Source: Nitrospinales bacterium (GTDB lineage Bacteria > Nitrospinota > Nitrospinia > Nitrospinales > VA-1). From it: DNA of 64,000 nt. Made by a program: the position numbers and the translations under genes. The notes beneath the pieces are model-generated. The model had not been told where the DNA came from, searched no databases, and saw only the letters and a program-made list of their open reading frames with translations. Shown in pieces: positions 46,886-57,520 of this stretch. Positions within the stretch are counted from its first letter, which is position 1. Every line of letters starts with the position of its first letter. The stretch is taken from positions 1,632,001 to 1,696,000 of the forward strand of contig CBDCWG010000012.1 in the NCBI GenBank assembly GCA_965223345.1, given 5' to 3'.

Positions 46886-47809
46886 TCACGGATTTTTGGA
46901 AATTTTTTGCGCGGCTCCCGGGATTTTGCGGAACTCCCGCAGGACGTCTTTCATGGCGGAGCGGGACAGCTCCTCTTTCTGCAGCCAGTGGGTCTGGCGG
47001 CCGATGACGAAATTGCGGATGTTGGGGGTCTGGGAACCGACGAAACGGGCCCCCCAGATCACCTCTCCGGTGGTCTTGCTGACCAGAAAAGCCCCGAACT
47101 CGACGCCGCTGGACAGGCTCTCCTTGAGTTTCCCGCGGTTGTCGATGTAATGGTCCATGTACTTGGTGACCGCCCCGATCAGCACCGCATCCACAAACTC
47201 GTCGGCGTAGGGCAGCTCCGAAAGCAGCACCTCTTTGTTCGGCGTTCCGGTGATTTCGCTGCGGGGACGCGCCTTGGTGATCTTCATGCGGGCGTCCTCG
47301 CGGCCCTTGGCGGGCGGGATGACGCGGAACTGGCCGTAGCGCTGCAGTTCCTGAAACACCTGGCTGGCGACTACGTAGCCGGCGTTTTCGTCCTTGAACA
47401 GCCCGGAGGTTTTGTTCTCGAACCCGGCGACGCCGATATTTCGGGTCTTGACGAACAGCTTCTTGTTGAATATTTTGCTCTGGACTTTGTCCACCGGCGG
47501 CAGAGACAACAATTCCCTGTAATATTTAGGGAAATTCTCGCCCTGCGCGAAGTTTCCTATATAATCGGGGAACGGGTGCGGCTCGTTGATATCCGGGGTC
47601 AGGTTGGGATGCAGCGACTTGTGCGGCGCGCGGTTGACGTCGTTCAAGGGATTGTAACCGAGCGTCTCATCGGTGTCCGATTCGTTGAACTGCTTGAACG
47701 CATCCCCGATCGGGGTGGCCGCGGCGGTTTGGGGCCAGGCAAAATGGGCCAGGGCGATGCCGGCTGCCAGACCCAGACATAGAGCGAAGTGGTGCGGTTT
47801 TTTGAACAC
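46886..47809 (-). CDS. Secreted hypothetical protein (possible CsgG/LpoB-like alpha/beta domain)
   Basis: Signal peptide and IGVAGFENKT...VDAVLIGAV...LVSKTTGEVIW. Confidence 0.7.
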   Translation of the reverse strand: MFKKPHHFALCLGLAAGIALAHFAWPQTAAATPIGDAFKQFNESDTDETLGYNPLNDVNRAPHKSLHPNLTPDINEPHPFPDYIGNFAQGENFPKYYRELLSLPPVDKVQSKIFNKKLFVKTRNIGVAGFENKTSGLFKDENAGYVVASQVFQELQRYGQFRVIPPAKGREDARMKITKARPRSEITGTPNKEVLLSELPYADEFVDAVLIGAVTKYMDHYIDNRGKLKESLSSGVEFGAFLVSKTTGEVIWGARFVGSQTPNIRNFVIGRQTHWLQKEELSRSAMKDVLREFRKIPGAAQKISKNP

Positions 47810-48113
47810 GAGTCTGTCTCCCCCTTGATTTCAGTGAAACCGTGACTTGGAAACCCCGATATCTCCAATATAGCACAGGCCCTATTGAATTCAACCGGGT
47901 TTGCAGCGAGGCCGCACCCGGCTGCGCCCGAACGGGGTTTGCCGGAAACCGGGCCGGGACGGGCCTGAAAATGCTTTAAAAACGGGGATCTTCCCATTTC
48001 CCCGATCGCCGCTGTTCTCATAATCCTCGGGCCGATGCTGGGGTGTCGGCGCCGCCGCGTGGAACTTTCAACATGCCCCTCACTCGGTCGTTCGTGAACA
48101 CTTCAAGGTTGCC

Positions 48114-50108
48114 ATGACGCCTGCTGCCGGAAACCGGGCTCTCGACTGGGTGCCCGCCCATCTCATCCCCTGGGTGCTGTCGGCGCTGACCCTCGCGGCG
48201 CTGGCGGTGTTCGCGTGGGCGCTTGCGCCCAAACTTAAGGTTTTACTTGAAGCCGAGCGGGAAGACCGCTTTGACAGGCCGCTCGAACGGCTGTGGCACA
48301 CGTTCAGGATCGCGTTTTTGCAGACCAAGCTGTTCAAGCGCCAGCCGGGAGGGTGGATGCACGCCCTTATTTTCTGGGGGTTTCTGGTGCTTCTGCTGCG
48401 GGCCGCGCATTTTTTCGTGATCGGGTTTGCGCCCGGACTGCCCATCCCGCTGCCGGGGTTCGAGGCGGTGCACGCCGCCTACATGCTGATCAAGGACGGC
48501 TTCGTCCTGCTGGTGTTTCTGGCCGCCGGTTACGCGCTTTACAGGCGGCTGGTTGTGCGCCCGCCCCGGCTCAGCCTTTCGGGAGAGGGCAACCTCATCC
48601 TGGTGCTGATCCTGCTGATCATGATCACCGATGTGGTGTTCGAAGCGGCCTATTTCGCACGGCATCCCGGGACGGGGACGTGGTGGGAACCGCTGGGGCT
48701 GGTCCTGTCCCCGGTGCTGGCGGCGCTGCCGCAAAGCCTGCAGGTGATTCTGCACAACGCCGCCTATTGGGGCCATGTGGGCTGCATCCTGTTTTTCCTC
48801 ACGCTGCTGCCCAGAAGCAAGCATTTCCACATCCTCACCTCGATTCCCAACGTTTTTTTCTCGCACGTGACGGGGAAGGGGAATCAGATCACGCGCATCG
48901 ATTTCGAAGACGAGAACCGTGAGTCCTTCGGAGTGACGACGATCCGGGATTTTTCCTGGAAGCAGCTGCTGGATCTGCACACCTGCACCGAATGCGGGCG
49001 CTGCGATCTGGTGTGCCCTGCGCTCAATAGCGGCAAACCGCTTTCGCCGAAGGAGCTGACGGTGGACCTGAGAAACCACATGAACGCGGGCGAAAGCGCT
49101 GCGTCCGAGTCGCCGCTTCTCGGCGGGGTCATTGAGGATGAAACGCTGTGGTCCTGCACCACCTGCGGAGCCTGCGAGGAGGAATGCCCGGTGATGATCG
49201 AATACGTGAACAAGGTGATCGATCTGAGGCGCGGGCTGGTGCTGACCGAAGACCGCTATCCCGCCGAGTTCACGCGCGCGTTCAAATCGCTGGAGACCAA
49301 CAGCAACCCTTGGGGCTTCGGCAAGAACACCCGCGCCGACTGGGCCAAGGATCTCGACATCAGGATCTGGGATGCAGATCGTCCGACCGAGTATCTCTAT
49401 TTCGTCGGCTGCAACGGCTCCTTCGACACCCGCGGCAAGCAGATCGCCGTTTCGGTGGTGGCGGCGCTCAAGCAAGCCGGTGTGGATTTTTCCATCCTGG
49501 GCATGGAAGAGGGCTGCACCGGCGATCCGGCCCGGCGCGCCGGCAACGAATACCTGTTCGAGACGCTCGCCGGCCAGAACGCCGAAACCTTCAAGGCCAA
49601 GGGCGTGCGCAAGGTGATCACCCACTGCCCGCACTGCTTCAATTCCCTGCTCAACGAGTACCCGGAGTTCGGCGTCGATCTGGAAGTGATCCACCACAGC
49701 GAACTGCTGGCAACGCTGATCCGCGAGGGCAAGGCGGTCCCGGAGAGCCAGGAAACGGGGAGGGTGGTCTACCACGATTCCTGCTACCTGGGTCGGCACA
49801 ACCAGATGTACGATCCGCCGCGTGCGGTTCTCTCGCAAGGGGTGAACGCCGATTCCCTTCAGGAAGTCGAGGCGAGCCGCGAGCGCGGCAGCTGCTGCGG
49901 CGCGGGCGGCGCGCGGTTTCTCTTGGAGGAGAAAACCGGCACTCGCATGAGCCACAACCGCATCGACGAGCTGATGGCCGCCAAGCCGGACACCATCGCC
50001 GTTTCCTGCCCCTACTGCGTGCTGATGCTGGAGGACGGTCTCAAAGGCAAGGGCCTGCAGGACACGGTGAAGGTGAAGGACATCGGCGAGATCGTCGGCG
50101 GAACGTGA
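48114..50108 (+). CDS. Membrane-bound Fe-S oxidoreductase (FadF/HdrD-like; TM domain, 2x[4Fe-4S], 2 CCG domains)
   Basis: CTECGRC...CP, CTTCGAC...CP, YHDSCYLGR and CCGAGG motifs. Confidence 0.92.
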   Translation: MTPAAGNRALDWVPAHLIPWVLSALTLAALAVFAWALAPKLKVLLEAEREDRFDRPLERLWHTFRIAFLQTKLFKRQPGGWMHALIFWGFLVLLLRAAHFFVIGFAPGLPIPLPGFEAVHAAYMLIKDGFVLLVFLAAGYALYRRLVVRPPRLSLSGEGNLILVLILLIMITDVVFEAAYFARHPGTGTWWEPLGLVLSPVLAALPQSLQVILHNAAYWGHVGCILFFLTLLPRSKHFHILTSIPNVFFSHVTGKGNQITRIDFEDENRESFGVTTIRDFSWKQLLDLHTCTECGRCDLVCPALNSGKPLSPKELTVDLRNHMNAGESAASESPLLGGVIEDETLWSCTTCGACEEECPVMIEYVNKVIDLRRGLVLTEDRYPAEFTRAFKSLETNSNPWGFGKNTRADWAKDLDIRIWDADRPTEYLYFVGCNGSFDTRGKQIAVSVVAALKQAGVDFSILGMEEGCTGDPARRAGNEYLFETLAGQNAETFKAKGVRKVITHCPHCFNSLLNEYPEFGVDLEVIHHSELLATLIREGKAVPESQETGRVVYHDSCYLGRHNQMYDPPRAVLSQGVNADSLQEVEASRERGSCCGAGGARFLLEEKTGTRMSHNRIDELMAAKPDTIAVSCPYCVLMLEDGLKGKGLQDTVKVKDIGEIVGGT

Positions 50109-50177
50109 TGCGGGAAAATAAGTATACTGATCAATAAAGATTAAGACTCATATTCATAATAGTTTTAGTTTGTCAAA

Positions 50178-51137
50178 ATGGAAATCACTTTTCATTACCC
50201 TCATGAATTAACAGAACTTCTAATACAGACTGTTCCTCGTTTATGCCGTTCCAAAAAAAGTGTGTTGCTTTTCTTTCAAGGAAGTGGTGTTTCAAAGAAA
50301 CTAATGAGAGATCTTATTCAGAAAGTTGAATTGGATCGTCAAAGTATAAACAAGTTTGAGATGGTTCGTACGGTTTTAGAGCGATTAAATGAGTTGGGTG
50401 AAAGAGGACTAAAGGAAAGAAGGGAAATTTTAAAGCGAATCGTTGAATTTGAAGATTTTTCTGTTTGTTGGCCGAAGGACCAACTAGAAGCTAAGGGTTT
50501 AGTATCTCAGGTTCAAAAAGTTATTAATGTGAAGGATTCCTTTACACGTATGAAGGATGAGAAAGAGCGCGAGAGGAAAAAAGCTTCTCTTGAAGTAGAA
50601 CAAAAGAGAGAAAAAATTAATGAAAAGAAAGAGAAGTTAAATAACATTAAAAAAGAGCTATATGCTTTGTTTGGAAATGTTGATCCTTGGCAAAGGGGAA
50701 AGACTTTAGAGAAAATTCTTAATGATTTGTTTGACTCTTTTGAGATTCTCATTAAAGAATCCTTTACATTAAGAGGAAACGAGGGGCAAGGAATTGTTGA
50801 ACAAATAGATGGTGTTATAGGATTTGAAGGTAATATTTACTTTGTAGAAATGAAATGGTGGGATTGCCCCTTAGGGGTGCCAGAAATGTCACAACATTTG
50901 GTTAGGATTTATCACAGGGGGCAAGCCCGAGGTATTTTTATATCTGCAAACGGTTACACTCAACCAGCAATTAAAATTTGTCAAGAAGCGCTTCAAAAAA
51001 CTGTAGTCGCATTGTGTGATATGGAGGAAATTATTAAAATTCTTGAAAGCGAAAAAGATTTGAAACACTACTTAAAAGAAAAAATCAATTCAGCTGTTGT
51101 TAATAAAAATCCTTATTACAAGATTCTTGCTCTCTGA
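50178..51137 (+). CDS. Mrr-like (type IV) restriction endonuclease, strongly AT-rich
   Basis: RGKTLE...EQIDG...FVEMKW...GIFISANGYT (PD-(D/E)xK Mrr_cat) after a coiled coil. Confidence 0.82.
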   Translation: MEITFHYPHELTELLIQTVPRLCRSKKSVLLFFQGSGVSKKLMRDLIQKVELDRQSINKFEMVRTVLERLNELGERGLKERREILKRIVEFEDFSVCWPKDQLEAKGLVSQVQKVINVKDSFTRMKDEKERERKKASLEVEQKREKINEKKEKLNNIKKELYALFGNVDPWQRGKTLEKILNDLFDSFEILIKESFTLRGNEGQGIVEQIDGVIGFEGNIYFVEMKWWDCPLGVPEMSQHLVRIYHRGQARGIFISANGYTQPAIKICQEALQKTVVALCDMEEIIKILESEKDLKHYLKEKINSAVVNKNPYYKILAL

Positions 51138-51561
51138 TTTTTTCCTTCATTTGATCCCTTTCATACCTCATTAGTGTCTTTCACGATTCGGTCTTTGTGT
51201 GAGTGTTTAAGGCCATCAGGGCCGATCCGAAATTTTTGATCCATTTCCCCCCAAAGCTCCTTCGGGCTCCTTTGTTTGTAAGGTTCTGTGCCCGAAACAC
51301 ACTGAGAATCGTCCCGGCTGTTATCCGTTGTTTGCGAGACGGCCCGATTGTGCAAAAATCGGCTGCCCGAATGGGGAAGCCGGTTGAAAAAAATTGAAAA
51401 AACGGGCGTTCTTTGAATTACCGCGTTCCGGGGATTGCCGGTTGCGTTTGCATCCTATATTCCTGTTAAGCTTTGATATAATGGCCCCTCAACAGGACCG
51501 ACTAGCAGCTGCATTTTCTCCGGCCGGGGCCGGCCGGGGTGTGTGGATGGGTTGAGCCCAA

Positions 51562-52545
51562 ATGGATCCCTTTAATATTCTGTTCACCAGCGTCGGACGC
51601 CGGGTTTCGCTGCTCAGGCATTTCCGGAAAACCCTGAAGGATCTGGGTGTGCCGGGCGGCATCCATGCGACGGACCTCAGGAAGGATTCTCCCGCCTCGT
51701 TCGTGGCGGACCGGTATTTTCAGACGCCGCGGGTGAGAAGCCGCGACTACATCCCCAAGCTGCTGGACATCTGCCGCAAGAACCGCATCAAGCTGCTGAT
51801 CCCGCTCATCGACACGGAATTGAACCTGCTCGCCGCAAACGAGGACGCGTTCCGCAAACTGGGCGTCACGCCGCTGGTCTCTTCGGTGAAAACCAACCGC
51901 ATCTGCGCGGACAAAAGAAAAACCTGCCGGTTTTTCGAGAAGATCGGCGTCGATTATCCGAAGCTGTTCGATGCGGAGGCGGTGCTCGAGGATCCGGACG
52001 CGAAATTCCCGCTGCTGGTCAAACCCGCCAAGGGCAGCGGCGGGGTGGGGGTGACGAAGGTCAACAATCCGGACGAGTTGAAGTTCTTCAAGGATTACAT
52101 TCCCAACGCCATGACGCAGGAATATCTGGAGGGGGCGGAATACACGCTGGATGTGCTGATCGATTTCAAGGGCAGGGTGCGGTCGGTGGTTCCCCGGCTC
52201 AGGATCGAGATCCGGGCGGGGGAGGTGAGCAAGGGCATCACGGTGAAGAACCAGCGGTTGATCGCGGAAGGCAAACGCGTCGCCGAGGCGCTTCCCGGTG
52301 CGGTGGGGGTGGTGACCTTGCAGTGCTTCATCACCAAACGCAAGGAGATCAAGTTCATCGAGGTCAACCCGCGGTTCGGCGGCGGCATTCCCCTTTCTTT
52401 AAAATGCGGCGCGAACTTTCCCAAATGGATCATCAAAATGATGCTGGGCGAAGACCCGAAGATCGCCATCGACGGCTGGAAAGAGGGCAGCGTGATGCTG
52501 CGCTACGACGACGCCATTTTCGTCAGCCGCGACGCGATCACATGA
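51562..52545 (+). CDS. ATP-grasp protein (carbamoyl-phosphate-synthase-like)
   Basis: ILFTSVGRR, KPAKGSGG, QEYLEG and FIEVNPRFGGG motifs. Confidence 0.9.
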   Translation: MDPFNILFTSVGRRVSLLRHFRKTLKDLGVPGGIHATDLRKDSPASFVADRYFQTPRVRSRDYIPKLLDICRKNRIKLLIPLIDTELNLLAANEDAFRKLGVTPLVSSVKTNRICADKRKTCRFFEKIGVDYPKLFDAEAVLEDPDAKFPLLVKPAKGSGGVGVTKVNNPDELKFFKDYIPNAMTQEYLEGAEYTLDVLIDFKGRVRSVVPRLRIEIRAGEVSKGITVKNQRLIAEGKRVAEALPGAVGVVTLQCFITKRKEIKFIEVNPRFGGGIPLSLKCGANFPKWIIKMMLGEDPKIAIDGWKEGSVMLRYDDAIFVSRDAIT

Positions 52546-52617
52546 TCCCCGATTGCACGGCGCTGGCGCAGCGGCATCCGCAAGCCATTTCCTTTCACTT
52601 CATCTGAATAGAGAACC

Positions 52618-53286
52618 ATGATCAACGCGGTCATCTTCGATCTGGACGACACGCTGTTTTCCGAGCACGAGTTCGTGCGCAGCGGTTTCTGCGCAGTGGG
52701 AAGCTGGGTGGAGCGCCGCTTCGCGCAGCCCGACTTTTTCCCGGTCGCCTGGAAGCTGTTCCACCAGGGGGAGCGCACGCGCATCTTCGACCGCGCGCTG
52801 GAAACGCTGGCCATCCCGCACGATCCCGAATTGATTCAGGAGATGGTGGAGGTCTACCGCGATCATTTCCCCCAGCTCACGCTGCTTGCGGACGCGCAGG
52901 CGATTCTCGATGAGATCGGCGGCAAAAAGAAACTCGGGATCATCACCGACGGGTTTTTGAACGCGCAGAAAAACAAGGTGCGGGCGTTGCGGCTGGAAGA
53001 GCGGTTCGATGCGATCGTCTATTCGGACGAGTTCGGGCGCGAAAACTGGAAACCCAGCCCGCGGCCGTATCAGGAGATCATGCGGTTGTTGCGGTGTCCG
53101 GGCAGCGAGTGCCTGTACGTGGGCGACAACCCGGCAAAGGATTTCGTCTCGGCGAGAACGCTGGGGTGGAAGACGGTGCAGATATGCCGGGAAAACGGGG
53201 TGTACGCGGGAGTGACGCCGAAGGACGCCGGGCACGCACCCGATGGCAAGATTTCCTCGCTGACGGAACTGACGCACTATCTGTGA
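52618..53286 (+). CDS. HAD-superfamily hydrolase
   Basis: FDLDDTL, ITDG, KPSP and YVGDNPAKD motifs. Confidence 0.92.
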   Translation: MINAVIFDLDDTLFSEHEFVRSGFCAVGSWVERRFAQPDFFPVAWKLFHQGERTRIFDRALETLAIPHDPELIQEMVEVYRDHFPQLTLLADAQAILDEIGGKKKLGIITDGFLNAQKNKVRALRLEERFDAIVYSDEFGRENWKPSPRPYQEIMRLLRCPGSECLYVGDNPAKDFVSARTLGWKTVQICRENGVYAGVTPKDAGHAPDGKISSLTELTHYL

Positions 53287-53312
53287 ACGGATCCCGGCGG
53301 CGTTTGGCAGCA

Positions 53313-53357
53313 CAAAAAAAGGGCGGGGGAAGGTTTGCACCTTCCGTCCGCCCCTTT
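53313..53357. terminator. Terminator hairpin between convergent genes
   Basis: A-tract plus GGGCGG-GGAAGG / CCTTCC-GT-CCGCCC. Confidence 0.6.
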
Positions 53358-53394
53358 GGGCAAGGGTCTCCTCCTCGCTTGTTCTAAAACCGGC

Positions 53395-53901
53395 TCAGCG
53401 ATCCGGGTTGCCGTTGGGTTTTTCGCCTTCCCACCATTTGCCCCATTTGACCGAGGTCACGTTGCGCTTGAAGATGGGCGCCTGCCGGTAAAACGCGTCG
53501 TAGGCTCCCGACTGGCGATGGGAAGCGTTGGCGAACCACTGCCGGTCGGGGAAATTTTCCAGGTTCAGAATCCAGATCGGCTTGTCGTCCTTTTTGGTGA
53601 TGACGAGGTATCCCCGCTCTTTGCCGTATTGCGGGTTGCCGAACAGGGTCACGGTGGTGCCGGCCGGGCCGGACAGGACCATCGTGTATTTGCCCGATCG
53701 CGCGTAGCAGTCGAAATGGCGCATGTCGGGGACGTCGCTTCCGGACCGGATGTGCATCAATTCGTCACAGGCGCTGTCGCCCTGGGAGTAGTGGATGTCG
53801 AGCCTGAGTTTGTCCAGAACCAGTTCGGGGCCTTTAGCCAGTACGGGACCGGCAAAAAAAGCGCTCAACAGGATGCCCGCCAGGATGGATCGGATTGTCA
53901 T
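53395..53901 (-). CDS. Secreted protein, paralog family copy 1 (crystallin-like motifs)
   Basis: GGAGGGAG RBS, signal peptide, and GPAGTTVTLFG...RNVTSVKWGKWW shared with 61762 and 62362. Confidence 0.85.
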   Translation of the reverse strand: MTIRSILAGILLSAFFAGPVLAKGPELVLDKLRLDIHYSQGDSACDELMHIRSGSDVPDMRHFDCYARSGKYTMVLSGPAGTTVTLFGNPQYGKERGYLVITKKDDKPIWILNLENFPDRQWFANASHRQSGAYDAFYRQAPIFKRNVTSVKWGKWWEGEKPNGNPDR

Positions 53902-54005
53902 GTCTCCCTCCAAAGGAAAAAATCGCACGGATTCTCCTCTCCGGGATCTCCTTGAGGATTGAGTCTCAAAACCTCCCCTCAACCTTACAACGATCGGGAA
54001 AAAAA

Positions 54006-55424
54006 TCAACCCGCGGCAATGGCCTCAATGGCCTCATTGAGGCGGGCGCAGGTGGTTTCGCGGCCCAGAAGCAGGACCACATCGTAGATCCCGGGGCTCT
54101 CCTTGCTGCCGGTGAGGGCCACACGCACCGGCTGGGCGAGTTTTCCCAGTTTCATGGCTTTTTCCGCCACCAGCTCCTTGAAGGTGCCCTCCACCGAATC
54201 GTGATTGAATTCTTTTATTTTCAATAGTTTATTTTCTAATTCCTCAAGCACCGGTTTGATTTCCGGTGTGAGGAATTTCTGCCTGGCGTTTTCGTCGAAC
54301 TGCACGTCCTTGCGGAAATAAAAAGCCGCCTTGTGCGCCATTTCGACGAGGGTCTTGCTGCGCTCGTTGAGGGCGGGAATGACGCGGGCGATGTCCGCCG
54401 GCTCGAAGTTGTGCCGCTGCGGCAGGATTTTCTCCTGCACCAGCACCGTTTCCAGGGTTTTGGCCAGCGTTTCCGGCGGGGTGGATTTGATGTACTGCTG
54501 GTTGAGCCAGTCCAGTTTTTCCGGATTGAACACCGCCGCGGAGATGGTGACGTTGTCGAGAGAGAATTTTTCGATCAGCTCGGCGCGTGTGAAAATCTCC
54601 TGGTCTCCGTGCGACCAGCCCAGCCGGACGAGGTAGTTGACCAGCGCATCGGGCAGGTAGCCCTGCTCGCGGTAGGCGAGGGTGGAGGTCGCCCCGTGGC
54701 GCTTGCTGAGCCGGGTCTTGTCCGCGCCGAGGATCAGCGAGATGTGGGCGAACCTGGGCCGGGGAAATTCCAGAGCGTCGTAGAGCAGGGCCTGTCTCGG
54801 CGTGTTGGACAGGTGGTCGTCGCCGCGGATGACGTGGGAGATGCGCATGTCCGTGTCGTCCACCACCACCACGAAATTGTAGGTCGGCGTGCCGTCGCTG
54901 CGCTGGATGATGAGGTCGTCGAGCTCCTCCACATCGAAGATGACTTTTCCGCGCAGGATGTCGTCCACGGTGACGGAACCTTCCAGCGGGGTCTTGAAGC
55001 GCACCACCGAGGGAGCGCCTTCGGGGGCGTCGGTGCGGTTTCTGCAGCGGCCGTCGTATTTGGGTTTCAGTCCTTTTTTTTGTGCATCTTTGCGGCGCGT
55101 TTCCAGCTCTTCTGGTGTACAATAACAGTGATAGGCTTTCTCCTGCCGGAGGAGCAGCTCTATCTTTTCCTTGTACAGATTGGAACGCTCCGTTTGCCGG
55201 AAGGGGCCTTCGTCCCAATCGAGACCCAGCCATAGCATTGCTTCCAGGATTTCATGGATCGATTGTTCCGTGGACCTGGAAAGATCCGTATCCTCGATGC
55301 GCAGAATGAATTTTCCCTGGTGATGCCTGGCGAACAGCCAGTTGAACAGCGCGGTTCGCACGCCGCCGATATGGAGCGTGCCTGTGGGGCTGGGGGCGAA
55401 ACGCACCCGAATGGAATCGTTCAT
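54006..55424 (-). CDS. gltX: Glutamate--tRNA ligase
   Basis: RFAPSPTG.LHIGG, LRIEDTD and RLSKR (KMSKS equivalent). Confidence 0.97.
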   Translation of the reverse strand: MNDSIRVRFAPSPTGTLHIGGVRTALFNWLFARHHQGKFILRIEDTDLSRSTEQSIHEILEAMLWLGLDWDEGPFRQTERSNLYKEKIELLLRQEKAYHCYCTPEELETRRKDAQKKGLKPKYDGRCRNRTDAPEGAPSVVRFKTPLEGSVTVDDILRGKVIFDVEELDDLIIQRSDGTPTYNFVVVVDDTDMRISHVIRGDDHLSNTPRQALLYDALEFPRPRFAHISLILGADKTRLSKRHGATSTLAYREQGYLPDALVNYLVRLGWSHGDQEIFTRAELIEKFSLDNVTISAAVFNPEKLDWLNQQYIKSTPPETLAKTLETVLVQEKILPQRHNFEPADIARVIPALNERSKTLVEMAHKAAFYFRKDVQFDENARQKFLTPEIKPVLEELENKLLKIKEFNHDSVEGTFKELVAEKAMKLGKLAQPVRVALTGSKESPGIYDVVLLLGRETTCARLNEAIEAIAAG

Positions 55425-55607
55425 GGGCTCTGGGAATTTCCTTTGTAAAATCGTTCTTTAGGATGTGGGCGTCTTTTTGCCAAGCCCTTAAAGTAACAAA
55501 TTCGCTGAAGCGAAAGAAGTCTTAAGTTAACATATTATATATGAATGGATTAGCGGGTTTGCGCCGGCGCCCGCCGGGCGAACGCCGCGCAGAACAGGAG
55601 TCTCGCT

Positions 55608-56750
55608 TTGCGAAAGGTCAACCCCCTTGCGGTGCTGTTTTTGTTCTTCGGTTTGTTTTTGTTCGTTGGCGACTGGTACATCAAGAACCACGTGGCCAAA
55701 AAAACACCGGAGAAGGTGACGAAATCGGTCGAGATGACCGGAACGGTCGAAGTGCGCCAGGAGGTGCTGCATTTTCAGATTCCCGGCAAGGTGGGAGAGA
55801 TTCTGGTGTCGGTGGGCGATCAGGTGGAAAAAGACCAGACCCTGGCGCGGCTGGAAAACCAGGAACTGGTGGATGAAGTGGCGCAGTTGAAAACGAAAAT
55901 GCAGGAGGCGGAAGCGGAACTGGAGACGCTGATGTCCGGATTGTCTCCCAAAAGCGCTGCTCCCACACCCGCGGTGAAAAAAAGCGCGCTGGTGAAGTCC
56001 AAGGAGGATCAGGAGAAAGAGCGCCAGGAAGAGATCGCCGTCGCGGAAGCGGCGGTGGCGCGTGCGCGGGACGAGATGGAAAGCATGCGGCTGGAGGTGG
56101 AGCGGTACGAAAAACAGTTCAAAGAAGGCACCGCGCCGGAGAAGGAATTGTTCAAGGCGAAATCCGATTTCGAAACCGCCAAGGCCCAGGTGAAAGAGGC
56201 GGAAGACATGCTGCGCCTGGTCATGGAAACGCCTGTGCTGGAACCGCCGCCGCCGACCAAGGTCGCGCTCGTGAAAGCCGATCCCAAGATCACGTTGACG
56301 CCCGCGAAAACCGGCGGCCCCAACGATGAAGTTCAACTGCGCCTCACCCAGACCAAGGCGGCGCTTGCCCAGGCCGAAGAAAAACTGCGGCTGGCGGAAG
56401 TGGTGGCTCCTTTTTCCGGTTATGTGATGGAACGCAGCCTGCAACCCGGCGAGTTCGTGGTGTCCGGCACCCAGGTCCTGACGCTGGGCAAGCTCGATAC
56501 GGTGTGGGTGTGGGGGTATCTCGATGCCGAGGACGGGGCCGCGGTCAAAAAGGGCATGGACGTCCTGGTGAGCTCACGGTCCCTGCAGGAAAAAGTTTTT
56601 ACCGGACAGGTCGTGCACGTGACCGCTCCCGAAGCGGCGCCGGCGGATGCGGACAAAGCGGGCAAATACCACGTCAAGGTGGCCATCCCCAATCCGGAAG
56701 TGCATCTGCAGCCGGAAATGAAGGTGAACGTCAAGATCGAAGTGAATTGA
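55608..56750 (+). CDS. HlyD-family membrane fusion (periplasmic adaptor) protein
   Basis: N-terminal TM, GKVGEILVSVGDQV lipoyl half, coiled coil and VAPFSG. TTG start. Confidence 0.85.
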   Translation: MRKVNPLAVLFLFFGLFLFVGDWYIKNHVAKKTPEKVTKSVEMTGTVEVRQEVLHFQIPGKVGEILVSVGDQVEKDQTLARLENQELVDEVAQLKTKMQEAEAELETLMSGLSPKSAAPTPAVKKSALVKSKEDQEKERQEEIAVAEAAVARARDEMESMRLEVERYEKQFKEGTAPEKELFKAKSDFETAKAQVKEAEDMLRLVMETPVLEPPPPTKVALVKADPKITLTPAKTGGPNDEVQLRLTQTKAALAQAEEKLRLAEVVAPFSGYVMERSLQPGEFVVSGTQVLTLGKLDTVWVWGYLDAEDGAAVKKGMDVLVSSRSLQEKVFTGQVVHVTAPEAAPADADKAGKYHVKVAIPNPEVHLQPEMKVNVKIEVN

Positions 56751-57031
56751 CCGGCCGGGCGAACGCCGCAAAAAGCGTTCGACCCAGGCGGTGCGAGTTT
56801 CTCCCGTCAAATTTCCCTCAACCTTCCCTCGATTCGTCAAAATCCTGCGACACGCGGCGAGCCTGTCGGCACGCGTCCCGCATCGAGTTTTTCTTTATTG
56901 CGTAAAGGCTTTTCCCTGCGGGGTTGCGTTTTGATCTTCGCTGGTATATATTTTGCTTTTCCTTCCATGTAATTTTTCAAGGCCGCTTTGCGATCCTGCG
57001 TGCGGTCGCTGACTTTTTTCTGGAGGATGGG

Positions 57032-57244
57032 ATGAGCGAAGCGAATACGTTGCAGGAAGAGTCTGTGAAAAAAAATGCCAGCGCCGTTCACAGGCGCAGT
57101 CTGTTGTCGATTGCGAAACGCCACGCCCGTCCGGGAATCTTCGAGGCTTTGGGATCGTTCGACCGCAAAAAGGACGACGCCGAGCTGTTCGGAAACGACC
57201 AGTACCGCCGCATGATGAATTACCTGATCCACCGCAGCCTGTAA
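57032..57244 (+). CDS. Hypothetical protein, 70 aa
   Basis: GGAGG RBS before the ATG. Confidence 0.5.
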   Translation: MSEANTLQEESVKKNASAVHRRSLLSIAKRHARPGIFEALGSFDRKKDDAELFGNDQYRRMMNYLIHRSL

Positions 57245-57437
57245 CAACGTTTTAAGCGCATTCCCGCCTCGATGTCGAAACGACATCGCACGCCTTGTTG
57301 TTCGCAGCATTCACTCACTGTTTTTCCATAAATGGATGCACACTGCTTCGGGAGGGGTGCGTTTTGTTGCGTCGAATTCAACTCAGCAGAGCGGGCGCCC
57401 ACTGTGGATCGGGTGGGGCGTTGCGGGAAAGGAGCGC

Positions 57438-57468
57438 AAAAAGAAACAGCCGGCCAAAGGCCGGCTGT
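57438..57468 (-). terminator. Terminator for the minus-strand operon
   Basis: ACAGCCGGCC-AAA-GGCCGGCTGT with an A-rich tract on the plus strand. Confidence 0.75.
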
Positions 57469-57520
57469 CTCCCAGGGTAAGGGCTTCACTCGCCAAAGAA
57501 AAAGCCCTTGAACTTGACAA

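Noticed and set aside
51161..51397. Short ORFs at the edge of the Mrr island
   Set aside because: No RBS or recognisable motifs; probably junction debris.
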